Source: an uncultured beta proteobacterium | GTDB lineage: Bacteria; Pseudomonadota; Gammaproteobacteria; Burkholderiales; Casimicrobiaceae | Assembly: GCA_963730465.1 (NCBI GenBank) | Contig: CAVSRR010000006.1 | Span: 432,934 to 496,933 of the forward strand | DNA length: 64,000 nucleotides | Direction of reading: 5' to 3' | Shown here: in pieces, positions 25,322-35,082 of the stretch | Layout of the letters: the number at the start of each line of letters is the position of its first letter | Numbering within the stretch: the stretch's first letter is position 1 | The notes under the pieces: generated by a model | What the model saw: only the letters and a program-made list of their open reading frames with translations | Databases searched by the model: none | What the model was told of the DNA's origin: nothing | Made by a program: the position numbers and the translations under genes

Positions 25322-25762
25322 CTACGTGGCCGTCGCGCCTGGGGTGCCGATTTCGCCATGGTCTTTCCTCCCGCCTTGCCTTCTTTGCTCGCCTCCCGCA
25401 TGTTCCCGGCCTGCCTGCCGCGCGCGGTAGCTGGACGCGCGCTTTCCGGACGCCGACGTTCCGCGTGGCTTCGGCTTCGCCACGGGCTCCTTCGGCGCAG
25501 GACGCCACAGGATAATGAGCTTGCCGATGTGCTGCACCGGAGCCGCGTCCAGCTTGGCGCAGATCTGCCCCAGCATCGCTTCGCGCTCGCCACGGATGTC
25601 GCTGAACGCGCGCACCTTGATCAGCTCGTGCGCTCGCAGATTGACGTCGATCTCACGCAAAACCGCGGGCGTCAGCCCGTGCTGTCCGATCGCGACGACG
25701 GGATGGAGATGATGCGCCTTGGCGCGCAGCGCGCGCCGCTCGGCCGGTGTGATGGTAAGCAT
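25322..25762 (-). CDS. yhbY: YhbY/CRM-domain RNA-binding protein with a long basic C-terminal tail
   Basis: MLTITPAERRALRAKAHHLHPVVAIGQHGLTPAVLREIDVNLRAHELIKVR...QHIGKLIILWRP. The Lys/Arg-rich tail may hide a frame break, so the 3' end is uncertain. Confidence 0.7.
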   Translation of the reverse strand: MLTITPAERRALRAKAHHLHPVVAIGQHGLTPAVLREIDVNLRAHELIKVRAFSDIRGEREAMLGQICAKLDAAPVQHIGKLIILWRPAPKEPVAKPKPRGTSASGKRASSYRARQAGREHAGGEQRRQGGRKDHGEIGTPGATAT

Positions 25763-25837
25763 GCGCCAGTGTAACGGATCGGCGCATCCCGCGACGACGT
25801 AGTCCGCCGAGGACCTCGCCGTCAACTCTGCGCGCCG

Positions 25838-26390
25838 CTAGGATAGGGCGATGTTCTTTCGCATTCGCACGACGGCCATCGTCAGCGAGCCCGCGAGCGG
25901 AATGTCGAAGCGCTCGACCGCGCTCGAATCCGAACGCCGCATACAGAGGCTCGCCACCGAGCGTTGCCACCAGTTCCATGCGCGTGAAGCCAGCGTCAGC
26001 CGCTGCCTGCTGAGATTGCCGCATCAGCGCCGCGCCGATGCCGCGGCGCGCATGGGCGGGATGGACGAAAAAGGCGCGGATTCTCGCGGGATCGCGCGCC
26101 GGGTCGAGCGCGCTGTCGGCGCTCGGTCGCGTCGGCCGCGAGCGGCTCCGAAGAGCGTCTTGCGCCGGCTCCAGCCTCCGCAGCCGGTGATCGTCGCATC
26201 GTCGGTCACCACGAAATAGGTGCCGTCGGCGAAGAGCTCGCGTGTCGACCGCGAACGACCGATCCGAGCGCCGCATCGATCTGCTGCAGCGAATAAAAGG
26301 GCAGAAGGAGCGTGCGCGCCGAGATCGGCGATCAATGACCTCGATCGCTGCGACATCGTCGAGGCGCGCAGGACGAAGATCGACGCTCAT
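25838..26390 (-). CDS. GNAT family N-acetyltransferase, at least 2 frame breaks
   Basis: MSVDLRPARLDDVAAIEVI; TYFVVTDDATITGCGGWSRRKTLFG; RIRAFFVHPAHARRGIGAALMRQSQQAAADAGFTRMELVATLGGEPLYAAFGFER. Reconstructed stop at 25838. Confidence 0.7.
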
Positions 26391-26657
26391 CGGGACGGAG
26401 CGCGTCATTTCGCGGCGCCGTGCTCGACGCCGCCCAGTCGTTCGCGGACGAGCCGCGACGCGAGAGCACGCGAACGCCGAGTTGGCAAGCGAGCGCGCGA
26501 CCGCCATCGGCCATGACATCGCTGTGGTTCCATCGGAACGCGGCACGCGGCAGCGAGGCGAGCGGGCGCATCCAGGGCTTCGTCGTGACGACGGACGTCA
26601 CCAAATCCATCATGCAAACACGAGTCGCCGAAAATCGGTGGACAGCGGCACGGTGCG

Positions 26658-27053
26658 TCAGGCAGGATCGGCGGGCACACGGTTGGAGACTTCGACCAGA
26701 TTCTGGTCCGGATCGCGGAAATAGAACGATCGCAGCCGCGTCGTCGCGCCGGTGCGGTCCACCGGGCCGAGCAGGATGTCCACGCCCTGCGCCCGGACAT
26801 GGGCCATGCATTCATCGAGCGGCAGCGACGTGAAGAGGCAAAAATCCGCCGAGCCGGGCACAGGGCGATGCGCGTGCGGGACGAATTCGCGGCCGGCGAG
26901 GTGCAGGTTGATCTTCTGGCTGCCGAAGGCGATGGCCTTGCGTCCCTCGCCGAATGAAACCACCGTCATGCCGAGAACGCGCTGGTAAAACGCGCACGCC
27001 TCGTCGATGCTCGCCACGGTCAGCACGAAGTGATCGATGCCATCGATGTGCAT
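26658..27053 (-). CDS. VOC/glyoxalase family protein
   Basis: MHIDGIDHFVLTVASIDEACAFYQRVLGMTVV...FYFRDPDQNLVEV. Intact. Its ATG overlaps the stop of the upstream gene (ATGA). Confidence 0.85.
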   Translation of the reverse strand: MHIDGIDHFVLTVASIDEACAFYQRVLGMTVVSFGEGRKAIAFGSQKINLHLAGREFVPHAHRPVPGSADFCLFTSLPLDECMAHVRAQGVDILLGPVDRTGATTRLRSFYFRDPDQNLVEVSNRVPADPA

Positions 27054-27787
27054 CACGGTGCCTTTTTCATGTATTTCCAGTTCCTGGGCTTGCCCTCGGC
27101 GAGCCATTCGATCGCCGTCAGAAGGCGCTTCTTGCGGGTCGCATCCTGCTTGGCGCTGACCAGCCACTCGACATATTCGTTGCGATGACTCGTGCTCATG
27201 GCATCGAAGCTTTTCTGCGCGAGCTTGTTCTTGCGCAGCGCGGCGCTCAAGATCGTCGGGAACGGCGAGCGGCGCGGCCTTGGTCTTGACCCGCGGCGCG
27301 CGGAATCTTGACTCCGCCGACGTTCAGATCGACCGCCTGGCGAATGTAGTCCAGGAGCAGCCTTGTCGGAGGGCAGCTGCGACAGGTCGGTGACGATCAG
27401 CAAGCCCACGTTGCCGTTGGCGTCGCGCAGCAGGCCCTTCGGATCGCTCAGCATGCGTCCTTTCCAGAATCGGAACCGGACGTGCCTCTTGAACGCCGCC
27501 AGCCACGCGACGATGCCCTCGTGCTCGAAGACCGGATGGCCCCACTTCAAAGCCTCGCCGATTCCCGGCCGCGCTCGATGAAAGAGCGCGCGCAGATGCT
27601 CGAGAATCGGCCGCGCGAAGGGCTCTGCTCGCGCGATGTAGCCGTCGAGCTCACCCGAAGTGTTCTTCGCCCTGGAGACGCGTGCCGGAGGCGAGCGGTC
27701 TTGGCGGCGATGAGGCGTGGCGCACGACTTCTTGGGAGATCGCTTGGTGCTACGGGTCTGGCCCGGCTGCGCTCGGGTGGGGCTCAT
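27053..27787 (-). CDS. DUF1801 + YdeI/OmpD-associated family protein, 1 frame break; start uncertain
   Basis: LDGYIARAEPFARPILEHLRALFHRARPGIGEALKWGHPVFEHEG...RFRFWKG, and C-terminal KNKLAQKSFDAMSTSHRNEYVEWLVSAKQDATRKKRLLTAIEWLAEGKPRNWKY. Confidence 0.6.
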   Translation of the reverse strand: MSPTRAQPGQTRSTKRSPKKSCATPHRRQDRSPPARVSRAKNTSGELDGYIARAEPFARPILEHLRALFHRARPGIGEALKWGHPVFEHEGIVAWLAAFKRHVRFRFWKGRMLSDPKGLLRDANGNVGLLIVTDLSQLPSDKAAPGLHSPGGRSERRRSQDSARRGSRPRPRRSPFPTILSAALRKNKLAQKSFDAMSTSHRNEYVEWLVSAKQDATRKKRLLTAIEWLAEGKPRNWKYMKKAP

Positions 27788-28007
27788 TCTTGTACGCTCC
27801 TCGTATGTTCAGGGCGGCCAGCGCGACCTGCAGCGCGATGAGCGCGTAGGCGCGGTCGTGCCAGCCCCAGACGATCCACAGCGCATTGCTGATCAAAAAG
27901 CACCAGAAGCCGATCTCGCGCCTGCGCTTGCTCTGCGACGCACCAGCCACGCCGCGATGACGGTGGCGAGCATGGCCGGCCAATTGGATGAGGTCGAGAT
28001 CGTTCAT
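27750..28007 (-). CDS. Small hypothetical membrane protein, probably 1 frame break
   Basis: EIGFWCFLISNALWIVWGWHDRAYALIALQVALAALNIRG. An N-terminal TM segment is recoverable in another frame. No family recognised. Confidence 0.3.
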   Translation of the reverse strand: MNDLDLIQLAGHARHRHRGVAGASQSKRRREIGFWCFLISNALWIVWGWHDRAYALIALQVALAALNIRGAYKNEPHPSAAGPDP

Positions 28008-28050
28008 GGGCCGGATATCCGGGCGTGGGGGCGCGATGTCGGCGAGCCGG

Positions 28051-28641
28051 CTAGTCGCGGATCATCGGCGCCCGCGTCGCAAACTGCTCGTCCTGCGGCG
28101 TAGCCGGTAGCTTGCCGCTGGCCGCCGCCTCCCGGACGACGCGGGTAAGCAGGTCCAGCCCCATCGGCGCGAGCGCGCGCTCCCAAAGCTCGCGCGCGGT
28201 TTCGCCCTTGCGCACGAAGCACCAGTCCTGCGCCGCGATGGCGCCGGCATCCATTCTTTCGGCGAGATGGTAGATCGATCCGCCGGCGATCGGGTCGCCT
28301 TCCTTGATCGTCCATTCCACCGCGGCGATTCCGCGATGGCGCGGCAGCAGGGACGGATGAAATCCAATGCCGCCGAGGCGCGAGCGGGCCAGCGCCTCGC
28401 TGCTGACGCGCGCGTGGCTGTGCGCCGCGACGATCAGGTCGGTGCCCGTCGGCGATGGCGCTTGCGGGAACATTCATCGGATCGTCGAGGATGACGACGT
28501 CCAGTCCCGCCGTCTTCGCCGCGATGGCGAGGCGATCGTCCGCGGCGGGCACGACGACCCGCGCGATCTCGACTTTCTCCTTGCGCAGGCGCTCGAGCGC
28601 GCGGCGCCGAAATACCGCGAGCCGACCAGCGTCAGCTTCAT
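28051..28641 (-). CDS. Formyltransferase family protein (Fmt/PurN-like catalytic domain only), at least 2 frame breaks
   Basis: MKLTLVGSRYFGAA; DLIVAAHSHARVSSEALARSRLGGIGFHPSLLPRHRGIAAVEWTIKEGDPIAGGSIYHLAERMDAGAI. Confidence 0.75.
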
Positions 28642-28705
28642 CCGCGAAGATGGGACATGGGTTTCCGTCGGTTGGTCATTCGCGGAGCGAGCGCGAAGCC
28701 CGCGA

Positions 28706-29089
28706 TTACCGCGACGACGAACCCGACAGCAATGGGTGAGCGAGCAACCTGGGCGCGCGAAGCCATCCCTCATGCAACGCGGCGGGGATCGTGCAGGCCG
28801 CGGCAAAGGCGGCGAGGAAAATGACGCATGCGAGCCAATTCTCGCCGCGCACGGCGCGGGCAATGATGAGCGAGATCGCCAGGCCCAGGAGGATTCCCAC
28901 GCTCGCCTCGGCCATCACGCTCGATGCGTGGGCGTGGTGTATCGAGCCGGGATCGAGAAAGGCCGTCAGGCGCGACGCCGGCGAGCGCCATAAGGCGACG
29001 ATGGTGCCCCAAACCGCGATGAGGACGATCGGACTCGCAGCGCCGGAAATCCCGGCGAGCCACGCTGTGCGCATTCTTCGTGATGTCAT
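28706..29089 (-). CDS. Hypothetical membrane protein
   Basis: 127-aa ORF with about 3 hydrophobic segments (IVLIAVWGTIVAL, ILLGLAISLIIA, ACVIFLAAFAAACTI). No family recognised. Confidence 0.4.
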   Translation of the reverse strand: MTSRRMRTAWLAGISGAASPIVLIAVWGTIVALWRSPASRLTAFLDPGSIHHAHASSVMAEASVGILLGLAISLIIARAVRGENWLACVIFLAAFAAACTIPAALHEGWLRAPRLLAHPLLSGSSSR

Positions 29090-29620
29090 CGGCTGTCCTT
29101 GCGTGTCATGGGGCTCGCAGTCCGCGGCCGTCGCCGGCTCGAGGACTGCCGCGAGCCGGTATCTTGGCTCAAGATGCGTCGAGCATCAACCGCTCTCGGG
29201 TTCAAGCGCGCGGATTGAATGTCGCGTCGCAGCGCGCTCGCCGCGAGCCAGGCGCCGACGACCGCGCCGATGCACGGCACGGCGTACTGGCCATAAACGC
29301 CGAGCATGGTAGGTCCACGGCAACGCGGATGACAGATGATGCTGCGGTCATCGCGAAGTTGACGCCGCCATAGGCAAGGCCGGCCGCCGCGGCCCATCCC
29401 ATCGCGCTTCCAGAACGCAGCAGGGCGCCGAGGAGCGTACCGAGGACGACGGACCATATCGTGTCGAAAGCCCCACGTCATGCCCAGCGACCATGTGATC
29501 GGCGTCGCATAGCTCCGGCTTTCGATGAAGGCATCGAAGCGCATCGCGCAACGGCCAGACAATCGCGCCCGCCAGCAGGATAAGCACGACCGGCGCGACG
29601 ATGCGGCGGACCACGGCCAT
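29086..29620 (-). CDS. Hypothetical membrane protein, fragmented across frames
   Basis: MAVVRRIVAPVVLILLAGAIVWPL and MLGVYGQYAVPCIGAVVGAWLAASA pieces. Weak call. Confidence 0.25.
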
Positions 29621-29638
29621 GTCGCAGGCACGTTTGAG

Positions 29639-30112
29639 TCAACTCGGCGACGCCACAAACGCGGCGACGTCTCCGGGCTTGCGCAACATCTTGTCGACTT
29701 CGGCCGCGTGCAACTCCTCGGCCAGGACCATCTGCCGCGCGAACTCCTCGAGCGCGATCGACTTCCCCTCGACCAGCGGCAGGAGCTCGCGATACAGGAC
29801 GAGCGCCCGCCGCTCCGACTCGAGCGATTCGCGCAGGATCGCCGCGATGTCGTGCTTGTGCGAATCGAGGAGCTGGCCGATCGCGAGCGACGGGTACGAG
29901 CCGAGCGTGGTGATCCATTCGCCGACCTGCTGCGCGTGCGCCAGCGATTCATCCGCCTGCTGGCGCAGCCACGACACGATGGGTATGCGGCCGAACCCGA
30001 AAACGAGCAACGAATAATGAGTGTAGCGAACGACTCCGGCAAGCTCCGCCTCGAGAATCCGGTTCAACACACCGACGACTTTGTCCTTGTCGATTTCTGA
30101 CATGCTGTTCAC
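29639..30112 (-). CDS. Bacterioferritin-family / ferritin-like protein
   Basis: KVVGVLNRILEAELAGVVRYTHYSLLVFG...ADESLAHAQQVGEWI...LRESLESERRALVLYRELL...FARQMVLAEELHAAEVDKML. Intact. Confidence 0.75.
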   Translation of the reverse strand: MNSMSEIDKDKVVGVLNRILEAELAGVVRYTHYSLLVFGFGRIPIVSWLRQQADESLAHAQQVGEWITTLGSYPSLAIGQLLDSHKHDIAAILRESLESERRALVLYRELLPLVEGKSIALEEFARQMVLAEELHAAEVDKMLRKPGDVAAFVASPS

Positions 30113-30147
30113 CTCTTCTGGTGGTCGGCCTGTGCGTCGGACGACGC

Positions 30148-30538
30148 TCAGGCATCGCGGGTCGAGTGCAATGCGATTCTGTTTCCTTCGCTGTCGAGGA
30201 TGACGGCGCGAAAGCCGTGCTCACCGATCGGCATGCACGGCCTCGATGACTTTGCCGCCCATCTTCTCGGTCTGAGCGATCGCGTCGCGGATGCGGCCGT
30301 CGACATTCATGTACATGAGGACGCCACGCGGTGCCGCTGATACCGGCCTGGTTGGTGACGAGGCAGCCGCCGTTGCCCGTGGCGTGGTGGAAGACGGCAG
30401 AACTTGAAATTCTCCCGCCTCGACCTTGTCCACACCGATGTCGAGGGTCGCCGCATAGAACGCCGAGGCCCGGTCGAGATCCGCCACCGGTATGTCGCAC
30501 CATACGGTGAGATTGTGCAGGGAGTTCAGGTCGCTCAT
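30148..30538 (-). CDS. VOC/glyoxalase family protein, about 3 frame breaks
   Basis: MSDLNSLHNLTVWCDIPVADLDRASAFYAATLDIGVDKVE; FHHATGNGGCLV; VLMYMNVDGRIRDAIAQTEKMGGKVI; GEHGFRAVILDSEGNRIALHS-stop at 30148. Confidence 0.7.
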
Positions 30539-30710
30539 GGCACGCCTCCTTGCCTATGATATTACCGGGCGCCGAGAAAGTGTTGGGCAAACCGTGTTCG
30601 TGCAGTCGCTGCCAGTCGGAGCGCAATTCATCGGCGTTGGTCACAAAATCGCAACTCGCCAAGACCCTGTCGCGCTTGCGGCGATCGTGTTCCGGCGAAG
30701 AGCCGAACCG

Positions 30711-30978
30711 TCAGCGGCGGCTGGTATTCCGAAGCGCCGGATTGACCCTGTCGATGTCCGCCTTGACCTGAGCGCGGCTGCGCTCGTAGACGATCTCACG
30801 TCCGCTGACGTTCCCCGCATATGCCAACGCATTGCGCGTCGGGCTGAGCACGCACCTCACGCTGTGGACGCCTGCGCCCGAGCACGACCTCGATGCGATC
30901 GGCGCGCTTGTCGAGGACGACCAGGTCCATCGTTTGTCCGGTTTCAGTCACGCGTACGGTAATTTTTTCGTCTGCCAT
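30711..30978 (-). CDS. Small hypothetical protein, 1 frame break
   Basis: MADEKITVRVTETGQTMDLVVLDKRADRIEVVLG, then GVHSVRCVLSPTRNALAYAGNVSGREIVYERSRAQVKADIDRVNPAL. No family recognised. Confidence 0.4.
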
Positions 30979-31044
30979 GGATGCATCGCTCCTGTCGAAT
31001 CAAAGCGGCGAATGCTTCGCCGTCGCGATGCCGCCGCCGGCGTG

Positions 31045-32099
31045 TTAGAGTATCCGGTTGAACCATAGCAGAGAAAGGATCGCCGAGAGCATGGCGAGGA
31101 CCGCGCCTGCGGCGGCGAACAAGGCGGTGATCTCGGTTGCCTTCTTTTCCAGGAACAGGCGCGAATTCAGCGATTTGTAGATCTTGCCCAGGTCCGTCGC
31201 CGTGCCGGCGTAGAAATATTCGGCCTTGGTCGTATTGGCGATGGTCTTGAGGGCGTCCTCGTCGAGCCGCACGCGCATCGACCAGCCTTCCGCGCCCAGG
31301 ATTTCGCCGGCGACGTGCCGATGCCGACGGTGTACACGCGGATGCCGCGCTCGGACGCCATTTTCGCGGATTCGATCGGATCGGGGCCGGCCGTCGTCTG
31401 GCCATCGCTGAGCAGGATGATCGCGGCGGAGCCGTAGGAGCCGGGCGGCACCGGCTTGGCGTCCTGCGCCTTTCCCTTGGCGGGATCGTCGAGCGAGGTG
31501 CCGCGCGCCGCCTCTTTTGCGCCGCCGGGCCGCGGATTCGACGCGCGCAGGTCGAATTCGATGTCGGGAAAGATGATCTTGAGCGATACCAGGATCGCGC
31601 TGCCGATCGCTGTCCCACGCTGCAACTGGATGCGGTCGAGCGCGGCGAGGACGTCGTCGCGATTGAGCGTTGGAGCTTGCACGACCGACGCGGTCGCGGC
31701 AAACGACACCACCGCGAGCCGGGTGCTGCGAGGCTGATCGGCGACGAAGCTGCGCGCCGCGGCCTGGGCGGCGGCGATGCGCGTGGGCGAAACGTCGGTC
31801 GCCTTCATGCTGCCCGAGGCGTCGATGGCGAGAATCACTGTCTCGTACTGATACGGGAGCGTGACAAGGGCCGCGGGCCTCGCGACGGCGGCGATCATCG
31901 AGATCAGCGCCAGCAGGAGCAGCAAAGGCGGGACATGGCGCCGGAACCTCCACGCCGCGCCCATGGCGTCCTGCACCATGGTGAGGCTCGCATAGCGCAG
32001 CGCGAGCTTGCGCTTGCGTCGCTGCAGAAGGAGGTACGCGCCGACGATGACCGGAATGGCGAGCGCGAGCCACAGCATCTGCGGCCAGAGAAAGGTCAC
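31045..32099 (-). CDS. VWA domain protein with N- and C-terminal TM anchors (BatA/BatB-like), 1 frame break near 31320
   Basis: MTFLWPQMLWLALAIPVIVGAYLLL; MIDAS motif AIDASGSM; ILLSDGQTTAG; C-terminal TM ALFAAAGAVLAMLSAILSLLWF. The start overlaps the DUF58 stop. Confidence 0.85.
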
Positions 32100-33031
32100 A
32101 GGTGCTCCAGGTGCTGCGGCAGCGATCCGCCCGCGGCGAGCTGACTCCTGCGCTTGCGCAGATCCGCGAAGCGCAGAATCGCGTCGATGAGATTATCGTC
32201 GGTGGCCAATTCCAGCGCGTCGACGCCGGCCTTTCGAAACGAGTCGCGTATGCCTGCCTCGCGCCGCTCGGCGACGGCGGCGAATCGCTTCCGGAAGCGG
32301 CGATCGTGCGTGTCGACCAGGATCTGGTCCCCGGTCTCCGCGTCCTGCATCACCACGACGCCGAGATCGGGAATCTCCATCTCGAGGCGGTCGTAGAGGC
32401 GCACGGCGACGACCTCGTGGCGTCGCGCCAGGTGCGCGAGCGGCTTCTCCCATCCGGGCAGGCTGATGAAGTCCGAGACCACGAAGACCAGCGAGCGCCG
32501 CGGTATCAGCTGATAGGCGCTGCTGAGCAGCTGCTGAAGGTCGGTCGCGGCGGAGCGCGCGAGCTCGGGCCGCGCCAGCATCTTGTGCAGGATGTGGAGC
32601 ACGTGCCGTCGGCCCGTGCGCGCCGGTATCACCGTGTCGACGCTGCCGCCGTAGAAGAGCGCGCCGATGCGATTGCCATGGCGGCTGAAGGCGCGCGCAA
32701 GCACCGCGACGAGCTCCGCCGCAACCGCGCGCTTCTTGATCTTCTGCGAGCCGAAGTCGACCGAGGGGCTCAGGTCGAGCAGGAACCACGCCGTGAGCTC
32801 GCGCTCCTCGTTGTAGACCCTGACGTACGGGGTCTGCATGCGCGCGGTGACGTTCCAGTCGATATGACGGACGTCATCGTGAAACTGGTATTCGCGCAGG
32901 TCCGCGAGATCGACTCCGAAGCCGCGGAAGAGCGTGCGATAGTCGCCGTAGAGCAACCCATCGAGGCGGCGCAGAACCGTCCACTCGAGGCGGCGAAGGA
33001 TCGCCTCAGGCGTTTGCGCCCACTCTGACAT
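32096..33031 (-). CDS. DUF58 domain protein
   Basis: Intact 311 aa. GDYRTLFRGFGVDLADLREYQFHDDVRHIDWNVTARMQTPYVRVYNEERELTAWFLLDLSPS. Confidence 0.9.
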   Translation of the reverse strand: MSEWAQTPEAILRRLEWTVLRRLDGLLYGDYRTLFRGFGVDLADLREYQFHDDVRHIDWNVTARMQTPYVRVYNEERELTAWFLLDLSPSVDFGSQKIKKRAVAAELVAVLARAFSRHGNRIGALFYGGSVDTVIPARTGRRHVLHILHKMLARPELARSAATDLQQLLSSAYQLIPRRSLVFVVSDFISLPGWEKPLAHLARRHEVVAVRLYDRLEMEIPDLGVVVMQDAETGDQILVDTHDRRFRKRFAAVAERREAGIRDSFRKAGVDALELATDDNLIDAILRFADLRKRRSQLAAGGSLPQHLEHL

Positions 33032-34025
33032 GGGTCTCGAGCGGCCTCTCGGGCGCAGGCAGATGCTTCATGATGCGAAGGATGATCTGGTCGGCCGTGA
33101 GCGAATCCGAAAGCGCTTCGTAGGACAGGACCAGGCGATGGCGCAGAACGTCGGGCGCGATGTCGGTCAGATCTTCCGGCAGCACGTAGCTCCTCCCGCG
33201 AAGGAATGCGAGCGCACGCGCGCCTTCCACCAGGTGTATGGTCGCGCGCGGGCTGGCGCCGTAGGTCAGATACGGCGCGACCTTCGGCACACCATAGCGC
33301 TCCGGCTTGCGCGTGGCGGACACGAGACGCACGGCATACTGAACCAGCGACGGATCGACATATCCGGTGCGGCACTGTCGTTGCAGCGCCAGCAGCTCGT
33401 CCGTCGTGGCCACGGCGGCAACCGCCGCACTCGCGCCCGTCACCCGATTGACGATGACGAATTCCTCCTCCTCGCTCGGGTAGCCGACGAGGACTTTCAT
33501 CATGAAGCGGTCGACCTGCGCTTCGGGCAGCGGATAGGTCCCTTCGGTCTCGATCGGATTCTGCGTTGCCATTACCAGAAACGGCTCGGGCACGCGATGA
33601 CTCTCGCCGGCGATCGTGACTTGATACTCCTGCATCACCTCGAGGAGCGCGCTCTGCACTTTCGCCGGCGCGCGATTGATTTCATCCGCCAGCAGAAGAT
33701 TGGTGAAAACCGGGCCGAACGAGGTGGTGAAGTCGCCGGTCTTCTGATTGTAGATACGCGTGCCGACCAGGTCGGCGGGAACGAGATCCGGCGTGAACTG
33801 GATGCGCCGGAATGTGCCCTGGACCGTCCTTGCGAGCGTCTTCACGGTGAGCGTCTTGGCGAGTCCCGGCACGCCTTCGACCAGCAGATGGCCCTGGGCG
33901 AGAATGGCGACGAGCACGCGCTCCAGGAAGTGGTCCTGGCCGACGACGATCTTCTTCACCTCGTAGAGGATGCGCTCCATGTCGCGCGAAGCGACGCCGC
34001 TGGCGCCGACTGCTGTGTCGTTCAT
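33006..34025 (-). CDS. MoxR-family AAA+ ATPase
   Basis: Intact 339 aa. VEGVPGLAKT (Walker A), LLADEINRAPAKVQSALLEVMQE (Walker B), ATQNPIETEGTYPLPEAQVDRF. Confidence 0.95.
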   Translation of the reverse strand: MNDTAVGASGVASRDMERILYEVKKIVVGQDHFLERVLVAILAQGHLLVEGVPGLAKTLTVKTLARTVQGTFRRIQFTPDLVPADLVGTRIYNQKTGDFTTSFGPVFTNLLLADEINRAPAKVQSALLEVMQEYQVTIAGESHRVPEPFLVMATQNPIETEGTYPLPEAQVDRFMMKVLVGYPSEEEEFVIVNRVTGASAAVAAVATTDELLALQRQCRTGYVDPSLVQYAVRLVSATRKPERYGVPKVAPYLTYGASPRATIHLVEGARALAFLRGRSYVLPEDLTDIAPDVLRHRLVLSYEALSDSLTADQIILRIMKHLPAPERPLETHVRVGANA

Positions 34026-34050
34026 GATGTCTCTTCGATCCTGATCCGGT

Positions 34051-35019
34051 TTAGAACGGGGATACGCCTACTGCCGCTGCAGCATTTTCGATGGGGACCG
34101 CGAATCCGATGCCGATGAAGACGCCCTGGTCGCCGGGATTCAATATCGCCGTGACGATGCCGACGACTTCTCCGTCCATCGTTGCCAGCGGGCCGCCGGA
34201 ATTTCCGGGATTGGCCGCGGCGTCGAACTGAATCAGGTTGGTCAACAGTCGCTTGCCTTCCGGGGAGCGGTATTCGCGCTTGAGGCCGGAAACCACGCCG
34301 GCCGTCACCGAAGGACCGATGCCGAATGGGAAACCGACGGCGATGACCTGGTCGCCCATCGCGAGATCGCGCGTCGAGCGCAGCGTCGCCGGAACCAGAT
34401 CGTCGGGAATGGTCTTCGCCTGAAGCACGGCGAGATCGTTCTCCGGTTGCGTGCCGATGACGGTCGCGTCTGATTCCGTCCCGTCGGCGAAGACCACCTG
34501 CACCCGCTCCGCGCCGTTGACCACGTGCAGGTTGGTGAGGATGACGCCCTTGTCGACGATGACGACACCGCTGCCGATGCCGCGGATGTGGTCTTCCTCG
34601 TCTTCCTTGCCGTGCTCCAGGCGGCGCACGCGCACGACCGATTGCGAGACCACGTCGAAGGCCTTGGCGGCGGGCGAGGGCAGCACATTGCCGTCCAGGG
34701 TGTGTAGCACCGCGGCGTCGATATCCTTCTGACTGATTTCACGCGGCGGCGGACGCGTGGAGACGTAGCCGACGAGGATCAACAGGCTCAGGAGCGCGGC
34801 GGAGGCGACGAGAGCGATTCGCTCGTGGCGGGCAATGAACGCCCTGGTGCGGGCGGCGAGGCCGGCACGCGGAGAAGCGCTGCCGGCGACGGCCTCGGGC
34901 GCGGCTTCCGGCTCCGTGGGTGGACGCATGTCGCGTCCGTCGGCCGTGTGAGACCGCGTCGATTTGCTATAGAGCGTGACTCGTTTCATGCGGGCTGTCC
35001 CGATACATGGGTCCTGCAC
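34051..35019 (-). CDS. Membrane-anchored trypsin-like (S1C/HtrA-type) serine protease without PDZ domain
   Basis: Intact. TM LVASAALLSLLILVGYV. Catalytic regions TNLHVV (His), ENDLAVL (Asp), GNSGGPL (Ser). The start may be MKRV at 34989. Confidence 0.9.
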   Translation of the reverse strand: MQDPCIGTARMKRVTLYSKSTRSHTADGRDMRPPTEPEAAPEAVAGSASPRAGLAARTRAFIARHERIALVASAALLSLLILVGYVSTRPPPREISQKDIDAAVLHTLDGNVLPSPAAKAFDVVSQSVVRVRRLEHGKEDEEDHIRGIGSGVVIVDKGVILTNLHVVNGAERVQVVFADGTESDATVIGTQPENDLAVLQAKTIPDDLVPATLRSTRDLAMGDQVIAVGFPFGIGPSVTAGVVSGLKREYRSPEGKRLLTNLIQFDAAANPGNSGGPLATMDGEVVGIVTAILNPGDQGVFIGIGFAVPIENAAAAVGVSPF

Positions 35020-35082
35020 ATCAGCGCAACATTAGCATGCCCGCGTTCAAAGCGAGGGCAGTGACCTGCGCGCCCCTTCCGG

